The notes under the pieces were generated by a model, which worked only from the letters and a program-made list of their open reading frames with translations, had not been told where the DNA came from and ran no database searches. From Eledone cirrhosa (taxonomy: Eukaryota): a stretch of DNA of 64,000 nucleotides. The stretch spans positions 62,001-126,000 of the forward strand of contig CAXHJY010001603.1 of the NCBI GenBank assembly GCA_964016885.1, in the 5' to 3' direction. A program made the translations under genes and the position numbers. Positions 23,401-35,400 of the stretch are shown in pieces. Positions within the stretch are counted from its first letter, which is position 1; each line of letters opens with the position of its first letter.

Positions 23401-25627
23401 GTAAAATCAATAGTTGTGGCTGTGGAACCAAACCGTGTTAAACGTCAACATAGTCCGGCGGCGAATGGTGTGCTTCGAAGAAAACGAATTACAAAAATGA
23501 CGATTTGCCGGCGGAGTTACCTTTTCAATCGCGGGCCGGCCGCCCGTGGTCGGATTGATCTGTAATAACTGGTACATGTGCAGACACTCATTGGCTATGT
23601 GTGGCGTGAATTTCAGCAAGATATCTCCGTAAAATCAATAGTTGTGGCTGTGGAACCAAACCGTGTTAAACGTCAACATAGTCCGGCGGCGAATGGTGTG
23701 CTTCGAAGAAAACGAATTACAAAAATGACGATTTGCCGGCGGAGTTACCTTTTCAATCGCGGGCCGGCCGCCCGTGGTCGGATTGATCTGTAATAACTGG
23801 TACATGTGCAGACACTCATTGGCTATGTGTGGCCTGAATTTCAGCAAGATATCTCCGTAAAATCAATAGTTGTGGCTGTGGAACCAAACCGTGTTAAACG
23901 TCAACATAGTCCGGCGGCGAATGGTGTGCTTCGAAGAAAACGAATTACAAAAATGACGATTTGCCGGCGGAGTTACCTTTTCAATCGCGGGCCGGCCGCC
24001 CGTGGTCGGATTGATCTGTAATAACTGGTACATGTGCAGACACTCATTGGCTATGTGTGGCCTGAATTTCAGCAAGATATCTCCGTAAAATCAATAGTTG
24101 TGGCTGTGGAACAAAACCGTGTTAAACGTCAACAAAGTCCGCCGGCGAATGGTGTGCTTCGAAGAAAACGAATCCAAAAATGACGATTTGCCGGCGGAGT
24201 TACCTTTTCAATCGCGGGCCGGCCGCCCGTGGTCGGATTGATCTGTAATAACTGGTACATGTGCAGACACTCATTGGCTATGTGTGGCCTGAATTTCAGC
24301 AAGATATCTCCGTAAAATCAATAGTTGTGGCTGTGGAACCAAACCGTGTTAAACGTCAACATAGTCCGGCGGCGAATGGTGTGCTTCGAAGAAAACGAAT
24401 TACAAAAATGACGATTTGCCGGCGGAGTTACCTTTTCCATCGCGGGCCGGCCGCCCGTGGTCGCATCGATCTGTAATTACTGGTACATGTGCAGACACTC
24501 ATTGGCTATGTGTGGCCTGAATTTCAGCAAGATATCTCCGTAAAATCAATAGTTGTGGCTGTGGAACCAAACCGTGTTAAACGTCAACAAAGTCCGGCGG
24601 CGAATGGTGTGCTTCGAAGAAAACGAATTACAAAAATGACGATTTGCCGGCGAAGTTACCTTTCCCATCGCGGGCCGGCCGCCCGTGGTCGGATTGATCT
24701 GTAATAACTGGTACATGTGCAGACACTCATTGGCTATGTGTGGCGTGAATTTTAGCAAGATATCTCCGTAAAATCAATAGTTGTGGCTGTGGAACCAAAC
24801 CGTGTTAAACGTCAACAAAGTCCGGCGGCGAATGGTGTGCTTCGAAGAAAACGAATCACAAAAATGACGATTTGCCGGCGGAGTTACCTCTTCAATCGCG
24901 GGCCGGCCGCCCGTGGTCGGATTGATCTGTAATAACTGGTACATGTGCAGACACTCATTGGCTATGTGTGGCCTGAATTTCAGCAAGATATCTCCGTAAA
25001 ATCAATAGTTGTGGCTGTGGAACAAAACCGTGTTAAACGTCAACAAAGTCCGCCGGCGAATGGTGTGCTTCGAAGAAAACGAATCCAAAAATGACGATTT
25101 GCCGGCGGAGTTACCTTTTCAATCGCGGGCCGGCCGCCCGTGGTCGGATTGATCTGTAATAACTGGTACATGTGCAGACACTCATTGGATATGTGTGGCG
25201 TGAATTTCAGCAAGATATCTCCGTAAAATCAATAGTTGTGGCTGTGGAACCAAACCGTGTTAAACGTCAACATAGTCCGGCGGCGAATGGTGTGCTTCGA
25301 AGAAAACGAATTACAAAAATGACGATTTGCCGGCGGAGTTACCTTTTCCATCGCGGGCCGGCCGCCCGTGGTCGCATCGATCTGTAATTACTGGTACATG
25401 TGCAGACACTCATTGGCTATGTGTGGCCTGAATTTCAGCAAGATATCTCCGTAAAATCAATAGTTGTGGCTGTGGAACCAAACCGTGTTAAACGTCAACA
25501 AAGTCCGGCGGCGAATGGTGTGCTTCGAAGAAAACGAATCACAAAAATGACGATTTGCCGGCGGAGTTACCTCTTCAATCGCGGGCCGGCCGCCCGTGGT
25601 CGGATTGATCTGTAATAACTGGTACAT
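17428..25627 (+). repeat. 18-mer (4,100-bp) tandem duplication within subfamily A; boundaries approximate
   Basis: Matching monomers at offset 4100 (17883/21983, 18566/22666, 20161/24261, 21300/25400). The private AAACATC variant lies near 18433 and 22533. Confidence 0.88.
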
Positions 25628-27905
25628 GTGCAGACACTCATTGGCTATGTGTGGCGTGAATTTCAGCAAGATATCTCCGTAAAATCAATAGTTGTGGCTG
25701 TGGAACCAAACCGTGTTAAACGTCAACATAGTCCGGCGGCGAATGGTGTGCTTCGAAGAAAACGAATTACAAAAATGACGATTTGCCGGCGGAGTTACCT
25801 TTTCAATCGCGGGCCGGCCGCCCGTGGTCGGATTGATCTGTAATAACTGGTACATGTGCAGACACTCATTGGCTATGTGTGGCCTGAATTTCAGCAAGAT
25901 ATCTCCGTAAAATCAATAGTTGTGGCTGTGGAACCAAACCGTGTTAAACGTCAACATAGTCCGGCGGCGAATGGTGTGCTTCGAAGAAAACGAATTACAA
26001 AAATGACGATTTGCCGGCGGAGTTACCTTTTCAATCGCGGGCCGGCCGCCCGTGGTCGGATTGATCTGTAATAACTGGTACATGTGCAGACACTCATTGG
26101 CTATGTGTGGCGTGAATTTCAGCAAGATATCTCCGTAAAATCAATAGTTGTGGCTGTGGAACCAAACCGTGTTAAACGTCAACATAGTCCGGCGGCGAAT
26201 GGTGTGCTTCGAAGAAAACGAATTACAAAAATGACGATTTGCCGGCGGAGTTACCTTTTCAATCGCGGGCCGGCCGCCCGTGGTCGGATTGATCTGTAAT
26301 AACTGGTACATGTGCAGACACTCATTGGCTATGTGTGGCCTGAATTTCAGCAAGATATCTCCGTAAAATCAATAGTTGTGGCTGTGGAACCAAACCGTGT
26401 TAAACGTCAACATAGTCCGGCGGCGAATGGTGTGCTTCGAAGAAAACGAATTACAAAAATGACGATTTGCCGGCGGAGTTACCTTTTCAATCGCGGGCCG
26501 GCCGCCCGTGGTCGGATTGATCTGTAATAACTGGTACATGTGCAGACACTCATTGGCTATGTGTGGCCTGAATTTCAGCAAGATATCTCCGTAAAATCAA
26601 TAGTTGTGGCTGTGGAACAAAACCGTGTTAAACGTCAACAAAGTCCGCCGGCGAATGGTGTGCTTCGAAGAAAACGAATCCAAAAATGACGATTTGCCGG
26701 CGGAGTTACCTTTTCAATCGCGGGCCGGCCGCCCGTGGTCGGATTGATCTGTAATAACTGGTACATGTGCAGACACTCATTGGCTATGTGTGGCCTGAAT
26801 TTCAGCAAGATATCTCCGTAAAATCAATAGTTGTGGCTGTGGAACCAAACCGTGTTAAACGTCAACATAGTCCGGCGGCGAATGGTGTGCTTCGAAGAAA
26901 ACGAATTACAAAAATGACGATTTGCCGGCGGAGTTACCTTTTCCATCGCGGGCCGGCCGCCCGTGGTCGCATCGATCTGTAATTACTGGTACATGTGCAG
27001 ACACTCATTGGCTATGTGTGGCCTGAATTTCAGCAAGATATCTCCGTAAAATCAATAGTTGTGGCTGTGGAACCAAACCGTGTTAAACGTCAACAAAGTC
27101 CGGCGGCGAATGGTGTGCTTCGAAGAAAACGAATTACAAAAATGACGATTTGCCGGCGAAGTTACCTTTCCCATCGCGGGCCGGCCGCCCGTGGTCGGAT
27201 TGATCTGTAATAACTGGTACATGTGCAGACACTCATTGGCTATGTGTGGCGTGAATTTTAGCAAGATATCTCCGTAAAATCAATAGTTGTGGCTGTGGAA
27301 CCAAACCGTGTTAAACGTCAACGAAGTCCGGCGGCGAATGGTGTGCTTCGAAGAAAACGAATCACAAAAATGACGATTTGCCGGCGGAGTTACCTCTTCA
27401 ATCGCGGGCCGGCCGCCCGTGGTCGGATTGATCTGTAATAACTGGTACATGTGCAGACACTCATTGGCTATGTGTGGCCTGAATTTCAGCAAGATATCTC
27501 CGTAAAATCAATAGTTGTGGCTGTGGAACAAAACCGTGTTAAACGTCAACAAAGTCCGCCGGCGAATGGTGTGCTTCGAAGAAAACGAATCCAAAAATGA
27601 CGATTTGCCGGCGGAGTTACCTTTTCAATCGCGGGCCGGCCGCCCGTGGTCGGATTGATCTGTAATAACTGGTACATGTGCAGACACTCATTGGATATGT
27701 GTGGCGTGAATTTCAGCAAGATATCTCCGTAAAATCAATAGTTGTGGCTGTGGAACCAAACCGTGTTAAACGTCAACATAGTCCGGCGGCGAATGGTGTG
27801 CTTCGAAGAAAACGAATTACAAAAATGACGATTTGCCGGCGGAGTTACCTTTTCCATCGCGGGCCGGCCGCCCGTGGTCGCATCGATCTGTAATTACTGG
27901 TACAT
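22666..27905 (+). repeat. 11-mer (2,506-bp) HOR in subfamily A; a further copy lies at 18566-21071
   Basis: Offset 2506 between matching monomers (22666/25172/27678, 24261/26767, 24489/26995). 2506 = 9x228 + 2x227. Confidence 0.88.
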
Positions 27906-28133
27906 GTGCAGACACTCATTGGCTATGTGTGGCCTGAATTTCAGCAAGATATCTCCGTAAAATCAATAGTTGTGGCTGTGGAACCAAACCGTGTTAAACG
28001 TCAACATAGTCCGGCGGCGAATGGTGTGCTTCGAAGAAAACGAATTACAAAAATGACGATTTGCCGGCGGAGTTACCTTTTCAATCGCGGGCCGGCCGCC
28101 CGTGGTCGGATTGATCTGTAATAACTGGTACAT

Positions 28134-31100
28134 GTGCAGACACTCATTGGCTATGTGTGGCCTGAATTTCAGCAAGATATCTCCGTAAAATCAATAGTTG
28201 TGGCTGTGGAACCAAACCGTGTTAAACGTCAACATAGTCCGGCGGCGAATGGTGTGCTTCGAAGAAAACGAATTACAAAAATGACGATTTGCCGGCGGAG
28301 TTACCTTTTCCATCGCGGGCCGGCCGCCCGTGGTCGCATCGATCTGTAATTACTGGTACATGTGCAGACACTCATTGGCTATGTGTGGCCTGAATTTCAG
28401 CAAGATATCTCCGTAAAATCAATAGTTGTGGCTGTGGAACCAAACCGTGTTAAACGTCAACAAAGTCCGGCGGCGAATGGTGTGCTTCGAAGAAAACGAA
28501 TTACAAAAATGACGATTTGCCGGCGAAGTTACCTTTCCCATCGCGGGCCGGCCGCCCGTGGTCGGATTGATCTGTAATAACTGGTACATGTGCAGACACT
28601 CATTGGCTATGTGTGGCGTGAATTTTAGCAAGATATCTCCGTAAAATCAATAGTTGTGGCTGTGGAACCAAACCGTGTTAAACGTCAACAAAGTCCGGCG
28701 GCGAATGGTGTGCTTCGAAGAAAACGAATCACAAAAATGACGATTTGCCGGCGGAGTTACCTCTTCAATCGCGGGCCGGCCGCCCGTGGTCGGATTGATC
28801 TGTAATAACTGGTACATGTGCAGACACTCATTGGCTATGTGTGGCCTGAATTTCAGCAAGATATCTCCGTAAAATCAATAGTTGTGGCTGTGGAACAAAA
28901 CCGTGTTAAACGTCAACAAAGTCCGCCGGCGAATGGTGTGCTTCGAAGAAAACGAATCCAAAAATGACGATTTGCCGGCGGAGTTACCTTTTCAATCGCG
29001 GGCCGGCCGCCCGTGGTCGGATTGATCTGTAATAACTGGTACATGTGCAGACACTCATTGGATATGTGTGGCGTGAATTTCAGCAAGATATCTCCGTAAA
29101 ATCAATAGTTGTGGCTGTGGAACCAAACCGTGTTAAACGTCAACATAGTCCGGCGGCGAATGGTGTGCTTCGAAGAAAACGAATTACAAAAATGACGATT
29201 TGCCGGCGGAGTTACCTTTTCCATCGCGGGCCGGCCGCCCGTGGTCGCATCGATCTGTAATTACTGGTACATGTGCAGACACTCATTGGCTATGTGTGGC
29301 CTGAATTTCAGCAAGATATCTCCGTAAAATCAATAGTTGTGGCTGTGGAACCAAACCGTGTTAAACGTCAACAAAGTCCGGCGGCGAATGGTGTGCTTCG
29401 AAGAAAACGAATCACAAAAATGACGATTTGCCGGCGGAGTTACCTCTTCAATCGCGGGCCGGCCGCCCGTGGTCGGATTGATCTGTAATAACTGGTACAA
29501 GTGCAGACACTCATTGGCTATGTGTGGCGTGAATTTCAGCAAGATATCTCCGTAAAATCAATAGTTGTGGCTGTGGAACCAAACCGTGTTAAACGTCAAC
29601 ATAGTCCGGCGGCGAATGGTGTGCTTCGAAGAAAACGAATTACAAAAATGACGATTTGCCGGCGGAGTTACCTTTTCAATCGCGGGCCGGCCGCCCGTGG
29701 TCGGATTGATCTGTAATAACTGGTACATGTGCAGACACTCATTGGCTATGTGTGGCCTGAATTTCAGCAAGATATCTCCGTAAAATCAATAGTTGTGGCT
29801 GTGGAACCAAACCGTGTTAAACGTCAACATAGTCCGGCGGCGAATGGTGTGCTTCGAAGAAAACGAATTACAAAAATGACGATTTGCCGGCGGAGTTACC
29901 TTTTCCATCGCGGGCCGGCCGCCCGTGGTCGCATCGATCTGTAATTACTGGTACATGTGCAGACACTCATTGGCTATGTGTGGCCTGAATTTCAGCAAGA
30001 TATCTCCGTAAAATCAATAGTTGTGGCTGTGGAACCAAACCGTGTTAAACGTCAACAAAGTCCGGCGGCGAATGGTGTGCTTCGAAGAAAACGAATTACA
30101 AAAATGACGATTTGCCGGCGAAGTTACCTTTCCCATCGCGGGCCGGCCGCCCGTGGTCGGATTGATCTGTAATAACTGGTACATGTGCAGACACTCATTG
30201 GCTATGTGTGGCGTGAATTTTAGCAAGATATCTCCGTAAAATCAATAGTTGTGGCTGTGGAACCAAACCGTGTTAAACGTCAACAAAGTCCGGCGGCGAA
30301 TGGTGTGCTTCGAAGAAAACGAATCACAAAAATGACGATTTGCCGGCGGAGTTACCTCTTCAATCGCGGGCCGGCCGCCCGTGGTCGGATTGATCTGTAA
30401 TAACTGGTACATGTGCAGACACTCATTGGCTATGTGTGGCCTGAATTTCAGCAAGATATCTCCGTAAAATCAATAGTTGTGGCTGTGGAACAAAACCGTG
30501 TTAAACGTCAACAAAGTCCGCCGGCGAATGGTGTGCTTCGAAGAAAACGAATCCAAAAATGACGATTTGCCGGCGGAGTTACCTTTTCAATCGCGGGCCG
30601 GCCGCCCGTGGTCGGATTGATCTGTAATAACTGGTACATGTGCAGACACTCATTGGATATGTGTGGCGTGAATTTCAGCAAGATATCTCCGTAAAATCAA
30701 TAGTTGTGGCTGTGGAACCAAACCGTGTTAAACGTCAACATAGTCCGGCGGCGAATGGTGTGCTTCGAAGAAAACGAATTACAAAAATGACGATTTGCCG
30801 GCGGAGTTACCTTTTCCATCGCGGGCCGGCCGCCCGTGGTCGCATCGATCTGTAATTACTGGTACATGTGCAGACACTCATTGGCTATGTGTGGCCTGAA
30901 TTTCAGCAAGATATCTCCGTAAAATCAATAGTTGTGGCTGTGGAACCAAACCGTGTTAAACGTCAACAAAGTCCGGCGGCGAATGGTGTGCTTCGAAGAA
31001 AACGAATCACAAAAATGACGATTTGCCGGCGGAGTTACCTCTTCAATCGCGGGCCGGCCGCCCGTGGTCGGATTGATCTGTAATAACTGGTACAAGTGCA

Positions 31101-31323
31101 GACACTCATTGGCTATGTGTGGCGTGAATTTCAGCAAGATATCTCCGTAAAATCAATAGTTGTGGCTGTGGAACCAAACCGTGTTAAACGTCAACATAGT
31201 CCGGCGGCGAATGGTGTGCTTCGAAGAAAACGAATTACAAAAATGACGATTTGCCGGCGGAGTTACCTTTTCAATCGCGGGCCGGCCGCCCGTGGTCGGA
31301 TTGATCTGTAATAACTGGTACAT
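28134..31323 (+). repeat. 7-mer (1,595-bp) tandem duplication in subfamily A
   Basis: Private variant GTACAAGTG at 29500 and 31095. Matching monomers 28134/29729, 28362/29957 and 29273/30868. Confidence 0.88.
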
Positions 31324-31675
31324 GTGCAGACACTCATTGGCTATGTGTGGCCTGAATTTCAGCAAGATATCTCCGTAAAATCAATAGTTGTGGCTGTGGA
31401 ACCAAACCGTGTTAAACGTCAACATAGTCCGGCGGCGAATGGTGTGCTTCGAAGAAAACGAATTACAAAAATGACGATTTGCCGGCGGAGTTACCTTTTC
31501 AATCGCGGGCCGGCCGCCCGTGGTCGGATTGATCTGTAATAACTGGTACATGTGCAGACACTCATTGGCTATGTGTGGCCTGAATTTCAGCAAGATATCT
31601 CCGTAAAATCAATAGTTGTGGCTGTGGAACAAAACCGTGTTAAACGTCAACAAAGTCCGCCGGCGAATGGTGTGC

Positions 31676-32433
31676 TTCGAAGAAAACGAATCCAAAAATG
31701 ACGATTTGCCGGCGGAGTTACCTTTTCAATCGCGGGCCGGCCGCCCGTGGTCGGATTGATCTGTAATAACTGGTACATGTGCAGACACTCATTGGCTATG
31801 TGTGGCCTGAATTTCAGCAAGATATCTCCGTAAAATCAATAGTTGTGGCTGTGGAACAAAACCGTGTTAAACGTCAACAAAGTCCGGCGGCGAATGGTGT
31901 GCTTCGAAGAAAACGAATTACAAAAATGACGATTTGCCGGCGAAGTTACCTTTCCCATCGCGGGCCGGCCGCCCGTGGTCGGATTGATCTGTAATAACTG
32001 GTACATGTGCAGACACTCATTGGCTATGTGTGGCGTGAATTTTAGCAAGATATCTCCGTAAAATCAATAGTTGTGGCTGTGGAACCAAACCGTGTTAAAC
32101 GTCAACATAGTCCGGCGGCGAATGGTGTGCTTCGAAGAAAACGAATTACAAAAGTGACGATTTGCCGGCGGAGTTACCTTTCCCATCGCGGGCCGGCCGC
32201 CCGTGGTCGCATCGATCTGTAATTACTGGTACATGTGCAGACACTCATTGGCTATGTGTGGCCTAAAGTTCAGCAAGATATCTCCGTAAAATCAATAGTT
32301 GTGGCTGTGGAACCAAACCGTGTTAAACGTCAACATAGTCCGGCGGCGAATGGTGTGCTTCGAAGAAAACGAATTACAAAAATGACGATTTGCCGGCGGA
32401 GTTACCTTTTCAATCGCGGGCCGGCCGCCCGTG
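31676..32433 (+). repeat. Right copy of the ~758-bp direct repeat bounding subfamily A
   Basis: CCTAAAGTT at 32262-32270. One visible mismatch to the left copy (G32154 vs A15068). Confidence 0.85.
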
Positions 32434-35400
32434 TCCGGATCGATCTGTAATTACTGGTACATGTGCAGACACTCATTGGCTATGTGTGGCGTGAATTTCA
32501 GCCAGATATCTCCGTAAAATCAATAGTTGTGGCTGTGGAACCAAACCGTGTTAAACGTCAACAAAGTCCGCCGGCGAATGGTGTGCTTCGAAGAAAACGA
32601 ATCCAAAAATGACGATTAGCCGGCGGATTTACCTTTTCAATCGCGGGCCGGCCGCCCGTGGTCGGATCGATCTGTAATTACTGGTACATGTGCAGACACT
32701 CATTGGCTATGTGTGGCGTGAATTTCAGCAAGATATCTCCGTAAAATCAATAGTTGTGGCTGTGGAACCAAACCGTGTTAAACGTCAACAAAGTCCGCCG
32801 GCGAATGGTGTGCTTCGAAGAAAACGAATCCAAAAATGACGATTAGCCGGCGGATTTACCTTTTCAATCGCGGGCCGGCCGACCGTGGTCGGATCGATCT
32901 GTAATTACTGGTACATGTGCAGACACTCATTGGCTATGTGTGGCGTGAATTTCAGCAAGATATCTCCGTAAAATCAATAGTTGTGGCTGTGGAACCAAAC
33001 CGTGTTAAACGTCAACAAAGTCCGCCGGCGAATGGTGTGCTTCGAAGAAAACGAATCCAAAAATGTCGATTTGCCGGCGGAGTTACCTTTTCAATCGCGG
33101 GCCGGCCGCCCGTGGTCGGATCGATCTGTAATTACTGGTACATGTGCAGACACTCATTGGCTATGTGTGGCGTGAATTTCAGCAAGATATCTCCGTAAAA
33201 TCAATAGTTGTGGCTGTGGAACCAAACCGTGTTAAACGTCAACAAAGTCCGCCGGCGAATGGTGTGCTTCGAAGAAAACGAATCCAAAAATGTCGATTTG
33301 CCGGCGGAGTTACCTTTTCAATCGCGGGCCGGCCGCCCGTGTCCGGATCGATCTGTAATTACTGGTACATGTGCAGACACTCATTGGCTATGTGTGGCGT
33401 GAATTTCAGCCAGATATCTCCGTAAAATCAATAGTTGTGGCTGTGGAACCAAACCGTGTTAAACGTCAACAAAGTCCGCCGGCGAATGGTGTGCTTCGAA
33501 GAAAACGAATCCAAAAATGACGATTAGCCGGCGGATTTACCTTTTCAATCGCGGGCCGGCCGCCCGTGGTCGGATCGATCTGTAATTACTGGTACATGTG
33601 CAGACACTCATTGGCTATGTGTGGCGTGAATTTCAGCAAGATATCTCCGTAAAATCAATAGTTGTGGCTGTGGAACCAAACCGTGTTAAACGTCAACAAA
33701 GTCCGCCGGCGAATGGTGTGCTTCGAAGAAAACGAATCCAAAAATGTCGATTTGCCGGCGGAGTTACCTTTTCAATCGCGCGCCGGCCGCCCGTGTCCGG
33801 ATCGATCTGTAATTACTGGTACATGTGCAGACACTCATTGGCTATGTGTGGCGTGAATTTCAGCAAGATATCTCCGTAAAATCAATATTTGTGGCTGTGG
33901 AACCAAACCGTGTTAAACGTCAACAAAGTCCGCCGGCGAATGGTGTGCTTCGAAGAAAACGAATCCAAAAATGACGATTAGCCGGCGGATTTACCTTTTC
34001 AATCGCGGGCCGGCCGTCCGTGGTCGGATCGATCTGTAATTACTGGTACATGTGCAGACACTCATTGGCTATGTGTGGCGTGAATTTCAGCAAGATATCT
34101 CCGTAAAATCAATAGTTGTGGCTGTGGAACCAAACCGTGTTAAACGTCAACAAAGTCCGCCGGCGAATGGTGTGCTTCGAAGAAAACGAATCCAAAAATG
34201 ACGATTAGCCGGCGGATTTACCTTTTCAATCGCGGGCCGGCCGTCCGTGGTCGGATCGATCTGTAATTACTGGTACATGTGCAGACACTCATTGGCTATG
34301 TGTGGCGTGAATTTCAGCAAGATATCTCCGTAAAATCAATAGTTGTGGCTGTGGAACCAAACCGTGTTAAACGTCAACAAAGTCCGCCGGCGAATGGTGT
34401 GCTTCGAAGAAAACGAATCCAAAAATGACGATTAGCCGGCGGATTTACCTTTTCAATCGCGGGCCGGCCGCCCGTGGTCGGATCGATCTGTAATTACTGG
34501 TACATGTGCAGACACTCATTGGCTATGTGTGGCGTGAATTTCAGCAAGATATCTCCGTAAAATCAATAGTTGTGGTTGTGGAACCAAACCGTGTTAAACG
34601 TCAACAAAGTCCGCCGGCGAATGGTGTGCTTCGAAGAAAACGAATCCAAAAATGTCGATTTGCCGGCGGAGTTACCTTTTCAATCGCGGGCCGGCCGCCC
34701 GTGTCCGGATCGATCTGTAATTACTGGGACATGTGCAGACACTCATTGGCTATGTGTGGCGTGAATTTCAGCAAGATACCTCCGTAAAATCAATAGTTGT
34801 GGTTGTGGAACCAAACCGTGTTAAACGTCAACAAAGTCCGCCGGCGAATGGTGTGCTTCGAAGAAAACGAATCCAAAAATGACGATTAGCCGGCGGATTT
34901 ACCTTTTCAATCGCGGGCCGGCCGTCCGTGGTCGGATCGATCTGTAATTACTGGTACATGTGCAGACACTCATTGGCTATGTGTGGCGTGAATTTCAGCA
35001 AGATATCTCCGTAAAATCAATAGTTGTGGCTGTGGAACCAAACCGTGTTAAACGTCAACAAAGTCCGCCGGCGAATGGTGTGCTTCGAAGAAAACGAATC
35101 CAAAAATGACGATTAGCCGGCGGATTTACCTTTTCAATCGCGGGCCGGCCGCCCGTGGTCGGATCGATCTGTAATTACTGGTACATGTGCAGACACTCAT
35201 TGGCTATGTGTGGCGTGAATTTCAGCAAGATATCTCCGTAAAATCAATAGTTGTGGTTGTGGAACCAAACCGTGTTAAACGTCAACAAAGTCCGCCGGCG
35301 AATGGTGTGCTTCGAAGAAAACGAATCCAAAAATGTCGATTTGCCGGCGGAGTTACCTTTTCAATCGCGCGCCGGCCGCCCGTGTCCGGATCGATCTGTA

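Larger units (their letters stand above)
14590..32433 (+). repeat. 227/228-bp satellite, subfamily A (~78 head-to-tail monomers, mostly 228 bp)
   Basis: Monomer: GTGCAGACACTCATTGGCTATGTGTGGCCTGAATTTCAGCAAGATATCTCCGTAAAATCAATAG...GAATTACAAAAATGACG...GTCGGATTGATCTGTAATAACTGGTACAT. ORF starts step by 228 (15149, 15377, 15605) with occasional 227-bp monomers. Diagnostic alleles are CATAG, CCGGCGG, GAATTAC, GGATTGATC and TAATAAC. Confidence 0.97.

Noticed and set aside
14590-32433. LTR retrotransposon suggested by the terminal direct repeats
   Set aside because: The repeats are satellite monomers with no TG...CA ends, PBS, PPT, target-site duplication or gag/pol, and the interior is pure satellite.
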